From a virus (lineage: Duplodnaviria > Caudoviricetes): DNA of 47,487 nucleotides. Of the stretch, positions 36,797 through 45,995 are shown in pieces. Positions within the stretch are counted from its first letter, which is position 1. Every line of letters starts with the position of its first letter. The position numbers and the translations under genes are program-made. The DNA is taken from the IMG/VR virus record IMGVR_UViG_3300034993_000075, positions 1 to 47,487 of that record; one strand, 5' to 3'. The notes beneath the pieces were generated by a model that had not been told where the DNA came from, searched no databases, and worked only from the letters and a program-made list of their open reading frames with translations.

Positions 36797-38212
36797 CTAA
36801 TGCACGGTGCCTGTGAGACCTACGTCCCGCACGGTGGACGCCCGCCCAACGTCCGTGATCGAGGCCGACTGCCCGACTTCTGCGACGGTGCCGATCAGGC
36901 CAATAACGGAGATCAACCGGCTATCACCGACCCCTAAGAAAGCGCCAATACCCACGGCGGCGAACTCACCGGACACGGTTCCGGCGGCCGTGAAGTCCCC
37001 AACCCATCCGGTCGCCCCATCTCCGGTGGCCGAGAACACCGACGCAACGGTTGAGGCCCCGATACCGGAGAGGCTCCCATCGCCAGTTGCCGCAAAGATC
37101 GATGAGGCGGTCTGAGCCCCGACGCCACTGAGGTCTCCCGAGCAGCTGGGGCTGAACGTGCCAGCCGCCGTAGACGCGCCGACCCCGTCAAACGCCCCAG
37201 TGCCAGTCGCCGAAAACACGGCCGATTGAACCGAGACGCCAACTCCGGCTAACGCGCCGTCGCCAGTCGTCGCAAGGACCGAGGCCGCCGTTGAGGCCCC
37301 AATGGCCGAGAGGTCTCCGGTGCCAGTCGCCGCGAACGTCGCCGCCGCGATCGAGGCGCCAACGCCAGAGAACGACCCGTCCGCTGAGGCGGTGAAGACC
37401 CCTTCCGCGTCAGCCGCCGAGGATCCGACCGCGTCGAAGGCTCCTGTGCCTGTCGCCGCGAAGACGGCCGCCGCGGTGGACGCGCCGATCGCGTCAAGCG
37501 CCCCACTCCCAGTCGCGGCGAAGACCCCCGTAGCTGTGGATGCGCCGACAGCCGACAGAGCACCATCACCGGACGCCGCAAAGACACCTGCGTAGGTGAT
37601 CTCGCCCACCGCGGACAGCGCACCTGATCCGGCCGCAGTAAAGACGCCATCCGACAACGCCGCGCCAATACCGGCCAGATCACCAGCACCGGCCGCAGCA
37701 AAGACAGAGGCGTGTGTTGAGGCGCCGACCGAGACAAGCGCGCCCGTGCCAGTCGAGTCGAAGACGGACGTGGCGGTGGATTCGCCAACGGCGGCAAGCG
37801 CCCCTGTTCCGGTTGTGGCTAGGACAGCGGCATGGGTCGATTCGCCAACGGTCGCCAGGGCGCCTGAGCCAGTCGCCGCGAAGACTCCGTCGACGAGGGC
37901 CGCACCGACCCCTGAGAGCGCGCCATCGCTCGATGTCGCAAGGACCGCGGCGTGAGCACTGGCACCCGTCGCGGACAGGTCGCCCGTGCCAGTCGCGGCA
38001 TACACCGCTTCGTGCGTGCTCGCGCCGACTGCCGAGAGGTCACCCGTGCCTGCCGCCGCGAAGGTCGCCGAGAAGACGACCGCGCCGACAATCGCGAGCG
38101 CACCCGTGGCCACCGCCTCGAAGGCGCCAGCCTGGATGTTGCCTTCATCGGCAACGGGCGGCCACTGACGCGACCGCCGCGGAATCGGGAATCCGCGCCC
38201 GAAACGAGCCAT
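36797..38212 (-). CDS. Ala/Gly/Thr/Ser-rich fibre-like protein with ~20 tandem 20-aa repeats
   Basis: Consensus FAATGTGALSAVGASTAAxV repeated over most of the protein. Confidence 0.8.
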   Translation of the reverse strand: MARFGRGFPIPRRSRQWPPVADEGNIQAGAFEAVATGALAIVGAVVFSATFAAAGTGDLSAVGASTHEAVYAATGTGDLSATGASAHAAVLATSSDGALSGVGAALVDGVFAATGSGALATVGESTHAAVLATTGTGALAAVGESTATSVFDSTGTGALVSVGASTHASVFAAAGAGDLAGIGAALSDGVFTAAGSGALSAVGEITYAGVFAASGDGALSAVGASTATGVFAATGSGALDAIGASTAAAVFAATGTGAFDAVGSSAADAEGVFTASADGSFSGVGASIAAATFAATGTGDLSAIGASTAASVLATTGDGALAGVGVSVQSAVFSATGTGAFDGVGASTAAGTFSPSCSGDLSGVGAQTASSIFAATGDGSLSGIGASTVASVFSATGDGATGWVGDFTAAGTVSGEFAAVGIGAFLGVGDSRLISVIGLIGTVAEVGQSASITDVGRASTVRDVGLTGTVH

Positions 38213-38229
38213 CTAGCCTGTCAGACCTC

Positions 38230-38448
38230 TCAGAGTGTTCGCGTTACAGACGCCATCACGGCATCCTTGGCCGCGAGCTTCCGCGCGAGCAATGTCTCGG
38301 TATCGTCGATCGAGACCCCCTCGGCGAGGGCCTGTGTCACCGCGTCGGACATCGCGCGCTCAAGCGCCACCCCGAGCCCGGTCTGACGCGCAAGGCTCCC
38401 ACTCACCGTCGCCGTCATGGCCGCTGCCGCGATCCGTGGTTCGCCCAT
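38230..38448 (-). CDS. hypothetical protein
   Basis: Fits operon, RBS present. Confidence 0.6.
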   Translation of the reverse strand: MGEPRIAAAAMTATVSGSLARQTGLGVALERAMSDAVTQALAEGVSIDDTETLLARKLAAKDAVMASVTRTL

Positions 38449-38455
38449 GATCCTG

Positions 38456-38884
38456 TTACGTCAGCGTGATCGTGCTGGCGCTCGTGAGACGTGGAGTGAC
38501 GCCCGTGGAAACAATAATATTCGGCGTCACCGTGCCGTTGAAGAAGTTCACGCCGGCACCGGAGGACGACTTCCCGCACATCGCGTGCGTCTCGGTTTCC
38601 GAGCCGCCCGTCGCCGCCACGAAGTCGTTATTCGCCGCGAGCGTGGACACCCCGTTTACCGACGCGCCCCAGCCCGTGCTTCTCGCGACCGCCTTCCGCG
38701 CATACGAGGTGTAGGCGGCCTCGCTGGTCGTCTGGTCGCCCGTATCGGCCGGATTCGCCGTGTGCAAGCTCAGATAGGTGTCCGTGATCGGGGCCGATGC
38801 CGCATTGTCCGCAATGTTCGCGATCGCCGTCGCGCGGAGCAGCAGATCGAGCACGTCTTCGGCGAAACTATTTCCTGTAGCCAT
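38456..38884 (-). CDS. virion structural protein (fibre-associated)
   Basis: Y.SLHTA.P...G..E..Y..YAR.AV motif typical of phage fibre/minor structural proteins. Confidence 0.65.
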   Translation of the reverse strand: MATGNSFAEDVLDLLLRATAIANIADNAASAPITDTYLSLHTANPADTGDQTTSEAAYTSYARKAVARSTGWGASVNGVSTLAANNDFVAATGGSETETHAMCGKSSSGAGVNFFNGTVTPNIIVSTGVTPRLTSASTITLT

Positions 38885-39179
38885 TCCTCATCCCTCCAAT
38901 GTCCAAATGTTGCCGTTCCCAGGCAATCTCGTCGGCCCCGACCCCTCGCCCCTCGATTTCGAGCTGCGGCGACCAGGGCGCCTCTTCCTGCCGCAGTTGG
39001 GCGATGCGTCGATCCGCCGCCTGTAAAATCACCCGTCGCCGCAGGCCTTGGTGCTCCGCGACATAAATGCGCATCGCCCCCGCGATAGTCTCGACCTGTT
39101 GCAAGGCGATGACGATCTCGAGAACGGTCCCGCCACGTACCGCCCACCCCACGTCGTGCTGGGAATACAAGCCGAGCAT
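38868..39179 (-). CDS. hypothetical protein
   Basis: ATG coupled to upstream TAA. Confidence 0.55.
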   Translation of the reverse strand: MLGLYSQHDVGWAVRGGTVLEIVIALQQVETIAGAMRIYVAEHQGLRRRVILQAADRRIAQLRQEEAPWSPQLEIEGRGVGADEIAWERQHLDIGGMRNGYRK

Positions 39180-39700
39180 TAGACTTCGATCGTCATGTAG
39201 CAGACCGCGTTGACCGCCACTGATGTATGTGTCCGAATGCGCCCGAACAGCCCCAGATTGATGACCGGCTCCCGCCCAAGCGGGAATTGCTTGACAAACT
39301 CATAGCCGTTGGAACTCGGCACCGTGACCGTGATCTGATCGAACAAGCGCGCCGCCGTGATGCTGCCCTCCCCGGCGCTGGTGTAGCCTGTCGAGGTCGT
39401 GCCCACCTGAATCAGATTGGTAGACGGGTCGCCCCCAGCCACCGCATTCGCGTCAAGTTTGTTGAGTCCAGCCGCCACATGCGCCGTCACCGTCGCCGCG
39501 ACGTCCGTCTCGAGCAGTTCCGCCACGAACAGACAGGCAGAGGCCGGCGCGTCACACTTGATGCCCCACTCGACAATCTTCGCGAGCACGGTGGCCGAGG
39601 CTTTCACTTGCAGGAGCGTCTTGATCGACGTGCCGGTCGTCACCGCGACGAACTTCGCCGTCGTCGGGGTTGCGCCGTTAAAAATCTGATACAACGCCAT
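39179..39700 (-). CDS. putative virion structural protein
   Basis: Beta-rich, KT.LQ..IVEWG..D, QFPLGRE motifs; RBS AGGAG. Confidence 0.55.
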   Translation of the reverse strand: MALYQIFNGATPTTAKFVAVTTGTSIKTLLQVKASATVLAKIVEWGIKCDAPASACLFVAELLETDVAATVTAHVAAGLNKLDANAVAGGDPSTNLIQVGTTSTGYTSAGEGSITAARLFDQITVTVPSSNGYEFVKQFPLGREPVINLGLFGRIRTHTSVAVNAVCYMTIEV

Positions 39701-39707
39701 AGGACTC

Positions 39708-40994
39708 CTAATACAGTGAGGCGCGCTTGACGGATTGACTCACAAAGAGCGGATTCGCTCGCCGAGTCGGGTAGCCCACCGCGACGTACCACATGAATGA
39801 TTGCGAGGGGTCTGCGTCGTCCATGATGAGCGTGATGGGGTCACCCCAGGTATTGATGTCGCCGATCCCTTCAATGGCGTCTGTCGCTGGATCGGCATTG
39901 AGATACACTGCATCGGTGCGGAGGCCAGTCTGCACGAACATATTCGTGTTGCCGTTGCGGCTTGACGCCTGTTGACACGTTCTGTTGCTGGCGCTCGTCG
40001 CAGCCCCAACCGACCATTCATCGTGCGCAGACGGGGTCGCATCAGCGGCCGGTTCCGCTTTACAAGCTGAGACAAACATGGCCGCAACCGGATAGAAACC
40101 TAAGTCGCCCGTGCTAAAGGCCGTCGTCGTGTCCGTCTGGGTCGTCAGCGATCCCAGCTTCCATGACCCGCCCGCGATCGCCAGCCAATGCACACGCATG
40201 GCGTTCCCGCGCTCAGGCCATGTATGGAAAATATCTGTGGCATCCCCACTACTGAACACCATGCGATTATTCGGCGAGACCGAGGGATTCACGTCATTCA
40301 GCGCGTAACATTCGCCGCGAAGGCAATACGTCCCCGTGACGCCGCTTGTTGCCGCGTCATTGCTGCCGCCGCTCCACACCGCCTGATCCGCATTGGCGGT
40401 GGCCGCGCCAAATGACAAGGAGGAATCAATCCTCACGGTCGGCGCATCTGAATCGTGCATCCCCATGAAAAAGTATGCCGAAGGAGCCACGCCTAAACTG
40501 TGCGTCATAGAACCCGGCCCGCCGCCAACCGGCGCCGTGAATGTCCCGGTCTCAACCGTGATCTCACTGCCCCCGATGGCGAGATAACTCACGCGCAGAT
40601 CCACGGAAAAGGCGTCGAGAATCTCCAGCGTGAAACTGCCATTGCCCACGGACTGCACATCGGCCCAACCCACCGCAGCATCGGTCCAATTCAGTGCCGC
40701 CGCGAGCATGCCAATACAGGCGTCGCTCCGATGCCCAGCGTAGGTATCCGCCGATCCGCCGCCGTCCACATCCCGCGAGGTCACGCAGCGAAAGGCCGTG
40801 CTCCCGACCGCCCACCCGTGACCGCGAAGATGTGTCGCACTTCCGAAGGCGTTGGTGCTTTCCGTGCGACCAGACCACCAGAATAAAATGGCCTTCGGGG
40901 CCTCGGCCTCAGGCCAGAGGCTCGATACCGCGACCGTGCTCCCAGCCGCCGCCGTCCCGATATTGAACGCTCCGACCGCAGCCAAGACGGACAT
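39708..40994 (-). CDS. beta-rich putative virion protein with three internal repeats
   Basis: Three ~140-aa units (P.A..F...G.A...SYLAIGG / HWLAIAG / WYVAVG). Confidence 0.55.
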   Translation of the reverse strand: MSVLAAVGAFNIGTAAAGSTVAVSSLWPEAEAPKAILFWWSGRTESTNAFGSATHLRGHGWAVGSTAFRCVTSRDVDGGGSADTYAGHRSDACIGMLAAALNWTDAAVGWADVQSVGNGSFTLEILDAFSVDLRVSYLAIGGSEITVETGTFTAPVGGGPGSMTHSLGVAPSAYFFMGMHDSDAPTVRIDSSLSFGAATANADQAVWSGGSNDAATSGVTGTYCLRGECYALNDVNPSVSPNNRMVFSSGDATDIFHTWPERGNAMRVHWLAIAGGSWKLGSLTTQTDTTTAFSTGDLGFYPVAAMFVSACKAEPAADATPSAHDEWSVGAATSASNRTCQQASSRNGNTNMFVQTGLRTDAVYLNADPATDAIEGIGDINTWGDPITLIMDDADPSQSFMWYVAVGYPTRRANPLFVSQSVKRASLY

Positions 40995-41013
40995 CAGTAG
41001 AACTCCCAACACA

Positions 41014-41670
41014 TCAGACCCCCAACCGAGCCTTGAGCGCGTCCTCAGTGTGCAGTGGATTGATGTGATCTTCCGCCAGCAGAAGAATTTGGTGGAGCAC
41101 ATCCGCCGTCATCATGCCAATGCGCCTGAGCGCCAGCGACGCGCCATAGAATACTGGGTCATCCGCGGCGGTCGTGGATTTCACCCGCACGCGCAACGTG
41201 CGTAAACTAGCGGGCAACGGACTCACCGCCTGGGATACCGCCAGCGTCTTCTCCCCGGAGGCTCCGGCGTCGTCAATGACCGCGAGTTGCGCCGAGTTCG
41301 TCTGATCCCATAACTGCCAACTCTGCGTTCCACTTCCGACCTTATTGACGAACACGCCGAACTCGAAGCCGCTGACGCCGAACGTCTCGATCCGACAGAC
41401 GCCTAATCCCTTGCTCGCTGGGGTCGTGTCGTAGGCTGCACCCACGTTGGTGAGCGTCACAAACCCGCCGAGGCTGATAGAGTCGAGCGGCGAGACAACT
41501 CTGGCGATAAGTGTCGCGGCTTCGGTCTGCTCACTCTCCGACAGCGCGAAGGCGTCGATAATCTGTTGCACTGTCATCTGGCTGCGTTCGAGTTCCCCAA
41601 GGGCCGCCATGAATTGATGGATGTGGATCTTGGGTTCGCTGCTGCCGATGAGCCTGGTATACAGACTCAT
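41014..41670 (-). CDS. hypothetical protein
   Basis: Coupled ORF in the same operon. Confidence 0.65.
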   Translation of the reverse strand: MSLYTRLIGSSEPKIHIHQFMAALGELERSQMTVQQIIDAFALSESEQTEAATLIARVVSPLDSISLGGFVTLTNVGAAYDTTPASKGLGVCRIETFGVSGFEFGVFVNKVGSGTQSWQLWDQTNSAQLAVIDDAGASGEKTLAVSQAVSPLPASLRTLRVRVKSTTAADDPVFYGASLALRRIGMMTADVLHQILLLAEDHINPLHTEDALKARLGV

Positions 41671-43256
41671 CGCACCGGCTTTCGGAAGATCGCTGTGTCT
41701 TCTTCCGGCACCACGGGCAAGACATAGTTATGCAGCATCACGGTATTGCGCCGATAGCCGATGATGGTCCCGTTCTGCCCGACGCCAGGCCCGCCTGCGC
41801 TCGTGCTGGTATTGAACTCGTCCGCAAACGAGTACAAGGGTTTCGTGAACTTGATCGGCACACGAAAGAGCAGACGTACCGGATCGCGGATCTCATCGGC
41901 GATCCAGAGCGAAATCAGATCCCAGACACCCGTGATCGTCGCCGCCTCTGGGCTCATAGACTTCCACGACGCCGATCGTGGATCAGTGTCCATGTCCACG
42001 CCCATCTCAATCAGAGACCAATACCGCGTCCACCGACTGACGAACGGCCCATAGGAATGACCAGCCACCGCCCCCTGCCCAGTCGGAGCCAGGGGCTTCG
42101 TGTTCGTGAGGCCAGGGATGTTCCACTGCCCCGCTTCCGCTGCATGGGATGTCTCGGCGACTTCTCCCGGTTCATTCGCCTGCTGGTGGTTGTTGATAAT
42201 GGTCCACCAGCGTTCACGATTCGCCTGCCGATGCTGAAAGATCTTCCACGCATCGACGAGTCCGTCTTCCGCACCCATGAGCCATGTCGGCGTGTAATAC
42301 ATGTCCCAGGACGTGAGCACGTCACCGCTGCCCACATCCGCCGGATGGTCTAATTGCGCATTCGTCGCGATAGACTCTGAGCCGCTTATGTTCTTGGGTT
42401 TGGTAAATTTGGCGGCATCCTGCTTGTCCGGGTAGGTGTCGCTCGCCGGGTCATACGTAAAATACGGATTGCTCTCCGTGATCCGATCCAGGCTGTCGAT
42501 TTGTGCTTGGTCCCGGAGGCTCCAACTCCCGATACACGCGGGCAGGACGCTGAGTTTCTCAAAAAACGTGTGCGGCCCAGACTCACCGGGATCTGGCGGC
42601 ACGTACTCACAGGCCCGCTTCTCCACCCGCGTCCCACTCATCGGCCCGCACTCGAGCCCACCGTTGGCGGGTGGCGTCACGATCGCCTTCGTCCACGCCA
42701 CTTCGACCGCTTGGAATCCGTCAGGCTGGCAGGCCTCGAGCGGCGTCTCGCTCGTGATGAACTCAGGCCCCAGGACGCAATCCACCGGCGGGAGCACGAT
42801 GTCCCGCGTCTCGGTCTCTTCCTGGTGATCGCAGGGTGCCCCCCCGTTGGCCGGTTCGACGAGGATCGTCCGCGTGCGCGTCCGTGTCTCCGTCCCGTCG
42901 CCGTTGTCGATCCACGCGGACCACTCCGACCAGTCCGACAGTTGGCAATCGATCGGGAGGGGCGGCTGTTCAGCGACGACCTCCACGGAGACCGGCGGTG
43001 ACGTATCCGAACGGCCTTTCTTGTTCGTCACCGTCACCCGACACAGGAAGGGTTGACCTTCGAGATCGTGATAGGCATGCGTCGCGCTGGCGTTCGGGGA
43101 GGTTTCCGTGGTGCCGTCGCCGAAGTTGTAGTGATACTTCGTGATCCCGCCGCCGCCAGGTCCGTCTACGGATCCTGAGGCGTCCACGGTGAAGGTCTGC
43201 CCTAGACGAACCGAGGGTGGGGCGCTCAGTGTCCCCGTAGGTGGCTTAGGCGGCAT
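41667..43256 (-). CDS. PKD + two thrombospondin(spondin)-like repeats + C-terminal beta-sandwich protein
   Basis: DASGS.D..I..Y.YNFGDG...H.Y (PKD); DCQLSDWSEWSAW..TRTRTRTILVEPANGGAPC and DCVL..PPANGGLEC..RAC. Confidence 0.75.
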   Translation of the reverse strand: MPPKPPTGTLSAPPSVRLGQTFTVDASGSVDGPGGGGITKYHYNFGDGTTETSPNASATHAYHDLEGQPFLCRVTVTNKKGRSDTSPPVSVEVVAEQPPLPIDCQLSDWSEWSAWIDNGDGTETRTRTRTILVEPANGGAPCDHQEETETRDIVLPPVDCVLGPEFITSETPLEACQPDGFQAVEVAWTKAIVTPPANGGLECGPMSGTRVEKRACEYVPPDPGESGPHTFFEKLSVLPACIGSWSLRDQAQIDSLDRITESNPYFTYDPASDTYPDKQDAAKFTKPKNISGSESIATNAQLDHPADVGSGDVLTSWDMYYTPTWLMGAEDGLVDAWKIFQHRQANRERWWTIINNHQQANEPGEVAETSHAAEAGQWNIPGLTNTKPLAPTGQGAVAGHSYGPFVSRWTRYWSLIEMGVDMDTDPRSASWKSMSPEAATITGVWDLISLWIADEIRDPVRLLFRVPIKFTKPLYSFADEFNTSTSAGGPGVGQNGTIIGYRRNTVMLHNYVLPVVPEEDTAIFRKPVR

Positions 43257-43387
43257 TCAGACTCCGGGATACAGCACGGGCCGCACACGCCGAGATCCGG
43301 CTGCTTTGCACCATAGGTTGTGGGGACGAAGAAGGCTGGACGCTAGAATGCGCCCGAGAAGCATTGGAGACGAAGAACTGCGTCCGT

Positions 43388-43603
43388 CTAATTGTCTGGT
43401 TGGCTATATTGGTTGTTCGTTCCCCGTGGAACAGGACGCCAATGACGAGCCTTGTAGTCTTCGAGTTGGATCGGCGTGATGCGATAAACCGTGCGCTTGC
43501 CAGCCCTAACCGTCACGTTGGCCTGCATACGGCCGTCTCGGATCTCGCCTCGGACGTATTCACTGCTCATGCCGAGGGCTCGGCCGACTTCCGTGGTGGT
43601 CAC
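43388..43603 (-). CDS. excisionase/MerR-like HTH protein (possible late regulator)
   Basis: TTTEVGRALGMSSEYVR.EI.DG..A...YRI. Confidence 0.75.
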   Translation of the reverse strand: MTTTEVGRALGMSSEYVRGEIRDGRMQANVTVRAGKRTVYRITPIQLEDYKARHWRPVPRGTNNQYSQPDN

Positions 43604-43953
43604 TTCTGCGTCTCTCCGGTACACGCTCGTAAGGTGTCAGCCCACTTTTCGAGCATGAGCGTCGGCACTACGATTTGCTGCTCAATCCTGTTATGGATAA
43701 TCAGCCGAATGTAATCCTCCACCTGTCGGATCGTGGCCTCCTGAGCGGCCCGTTGCTCGCGTTCCTCACCCCTCCACCGCATACATTGAGCCAAAGCAGC
43801 TTTCGTTTCGGCTGTCGTGGCCTCCTGGGTGGCGAGACGGATCGCCGACAACAGATCGCGGACAATGTCAGCCTGTAACTCATTGTTAAGCAGCCGTAGA
43901 TCATGTTCCAGATCTTCGGCTCGCTGCGTCAGGTCGTGCGTCGTCTTGCTCAT
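43600..43953 (-). CDS. hypothetical protein
   Basis: Coupled ORF, helical. Confidence 0.55.
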   Translation of the reverse strand: MSKTTHDLTQRAEDLEHDLRLLNNELQADIVRDLLSAIRLATQEATTAETKAALAQCMRWRGEEREQRAAQEATIRQVEDYIRLIIHNRIEQQIVVPTLMLEKWADTLRACTGETQK

Positions 43954-44165
43954 CGGCACGCCTCAAGTTCTTTCACGATGGCGAGGAATCGTTCCGCCTG
44001 ATCCCGAGCGAATCGCTGGAGGCGCGGGTGCATCATCAACTTTCCCGGCTGCATCCCCCACCACTGCGCATCGGCCCTTGCCACACGTATCAGGCGCGCA
44101 TATTCCTCGCCTTCGTCCTCTTCAGGGGTCGGCCAGTGCCTTCTATTCCGCGTCGTCTCGCCCAT
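43950..44165 (-). CDS. hypothetical protein
   Basis: Coupled ORF. Confidence 0.5.
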   Translation of the reverse strand: MGETTRNRRHWPTPEEDEGEEYARLIRVARADAQWWGMQPGKLMMHPRLQRFARDQAERFLAIVKELEACR

Positions 44166-44353
44166 TGACTTCCGCCGATTCTGAAGTCTGTATTGCTTTC
44201 GACGCGGCTCACGTCACGCTTCAGCTTGTTTAGCTCCCGGTCGAGATAGCCAACCTGCCGCTCTAGTTCAGCGATCCGCAGGAACAGCACCCCGTTGGAG
44301 ATGTCGATTTCTTCGCCGTGGGCTTTCTTTCGCTTGTCGGTCGTCTCGCTCAT
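44090..44353 (-). CDS. coiled-coil hypothetical protein
   Basis: ATG 44353 within the repeated junction motif. Confidence 0.5.
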   Translation of the reverse strand: MSETTDKRKKAHGEEIDISNGVLFLRIAELERQVGYLDRELNKLKRDVSRVESNTDFRIGGSQWARRRGIEGTGRPLKRTKARNMRA

Positions 44354-44883
44354 GGCTGCTCCTTCGGACGTAGCGCGTTGCGCACCCACGTCAACATGCG
44401 CTGATAACGCTCCTCTGGCGTCATGTCCCGAACTAACGCGATGCCGTAACCTTTCCCGTCTGGGCCTCGATAGCACGCCTCATGCGGCCCGAGTGGCCCA
44501 TATCCCAAATCCCACACGGTGTCATTCATCAGGTCGTTCTGCGCAACCACTTTCCACGCAACCAGCCTCGGGAAACTCAATGACGCTTCGGCAAATTCTG
44601 CGGTGTCATCTACGTCGTCAGACTCGTCTCCGAAAGCGTCTAGCGGCTCAGGTTCCGGTAGTTTCCCCTCGGCCCGCGCCAACGCACCAATCGCGCACAC
44701 ATCGCCGTCATGCGTGACGAGTTTGCCGCTCACGAGACGCTTCTCAGGCATCGCCAGTAACGCCGCTTCGAGCCGTCGCAGTGCCGCCTGTCCAGATCGG
44801 CCACGCATCGACCGACGACAGTTGGCGTCCCATAGAGCAAACTGCCCCGGCCGATCCTCGTCCTCGGTGTAGTCGATTCTCAT
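44350..44883 (-). CDS. hypothetical phage protein
   Basis: ATG 44883 in junction motif; GQA.LR.LE.AL.AMP.KRL..VCA.G. Confidence 0.65.
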   Translation of the reverse strand: MRIDYTEDEDRPGQFALWDANCRRSMRGRSGQAALRRLEAALLAMPEKRLVSGKLVTHDGDVCAIGALARAEGKLPEPEPLDAFGDESDDVDDTAEFAEASLSFPRLVAWKVVAQNDLMNDTVWDLGYGPLGPHEACYRGPDGKGYGIALVRDMTPEERYQRMLTWVRNALRPKEQP

Positions 44884-45098
44884 GGCTGCTCCTGAAGAAA
44901 AAAGGTTCCGTAATGCGATCCCATCGGACAACCAGTCAATGGCGAGGCACTGCGATGTTGACCACACGCGGGGCAAATGCTGGTATCAGCGCCATGCGTC
45001 ACCGTGGTTCCCGTCTTGATAAATCCGTTACACACGGCACACTCAGCCACGAACGGCGCATACACAGATCCGCATTTCGGACAAATCCAACCTGTCAT
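44880..45098 (-). CDS. small zinc-ribbon protein
   Basis: MTGWICPKCG.VYAP.V.EC..C. Confidence 0.65.
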   Translation of the reverse strand: MTGWICPKCGSVYAPFVAECAVCNGFIKTGTTVTHGADTSICPACGQHRSASPLTGCPMGSHYGTFFLQEQP

Positions 45099-45886
45099 GG
45101 TTGCTCCTGAAGAGGCGGAGAGGGTAAGGGTTGCCAGTGGGTTGACCACGTCCAGTCACGCGCCATGCCTATTCGATACTCAGGCTTGGCCCACGGCTTA
45201 CCAAGATTCTGAGCCTCGTAAAGTCGTTCGGCTGGTGCCCACATCAGCACATTCCCATCCTTCGGAGCCGTGGCAATCGGTTGCCAGCCTGTCTCCGGCC
45301 TCCCCCCAACAGGTTTTCCATCATAGAGTTCGTCCAAGTTCGCATATAAGACCTGCGTAGCCTCTGGCGGTAGCGGCTGATCTATCGGCTCCGGCCTCCC
45401 CCCGAGCGCAGTTGGTTGTGTCGTTTTGACTGCAGACCGTTCCGATTCCTGCCGAATTGCCCGCACGTTTTTCGCTACGGCTTCTGCATTAGCCGGTCCA
45501 CTGGTATCGGCGCTTGTGGCTTCGCTCCCCGTCTTTCCATGAGTGTTCAGAGCCCTTGTCGGGTTGTCGGAGTCATCTGCAGTCAAAATTTGTTCTCTCC
45601 CCCCGAGCGCAGAGAGGGTGTCGGCTAACCCGCAGGTGCATTCTGGATACTGGGCGACTTCGCATCTGGCGCTTCCAGCGCACGGAGCGCAATTGCGTGT
45701 CGGCCACGGCTTACCGTTGCGATCCTTCATCTGATGTTGCGGATCAGTCGCTCGCCCTGTTCCGTTACAACGTGGACACGGCACCGATACGGTCCGTTTC
45801 GTCCGCGTGTCGCAGTCCGGCTTGTGCTGAACGTCGTAGTCTCGCACCAGCACCGTGATCGCCTCGTCCCTCGTCTGCTCGCTCAT
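45095..45886 (-). CDS. mosaic protein: DnaJ-type zinc finger + C-terminal DUF551-like domain
   Basis: CPRCNGTG..CAPCAGS; WQPIATAPKDG..THWQPLPSPP. Confidence 0.7.
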   Translation of the reverse strand: MSEQTRDEAITVLVRDYDVQHKPDCDTRTKRTVSVPCPRCNGTGRATDPQHQMKDRNGKPWPTRNCAPCAGSARCEVAQYPECTCGLADTLSALGGREQILTADDSDNPTRALNTHGKTGSEATSADTSGPANAEAVAKNVRAIRQESERSAVKTTQPTALGGRPEPIDQPLPPEATQVLYANLDELYDGKPVGGRPETGWQPIATAPKDGNVLMWAPAERLYEAQNLGKPWAKPEYRIGMARDWTWSTHWQPLPSPPLQEQP

Positions 45887-45995
45887 GGGGCCTCCATAAA
45901 CCTGGAAATCCTGATAATGGTCAGATCTTTCCCGTCATGATCCCCTCGGGACTTGTTCGGACTCTCTAGGCGCCTTAGGATGCGGAGTTCCAGGC

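Noticed and set aside
45887-45995. Small ORF between the Zn-finger gene and the mosaic gene
   Set aside because: Only very short frames; at most a gene remnant
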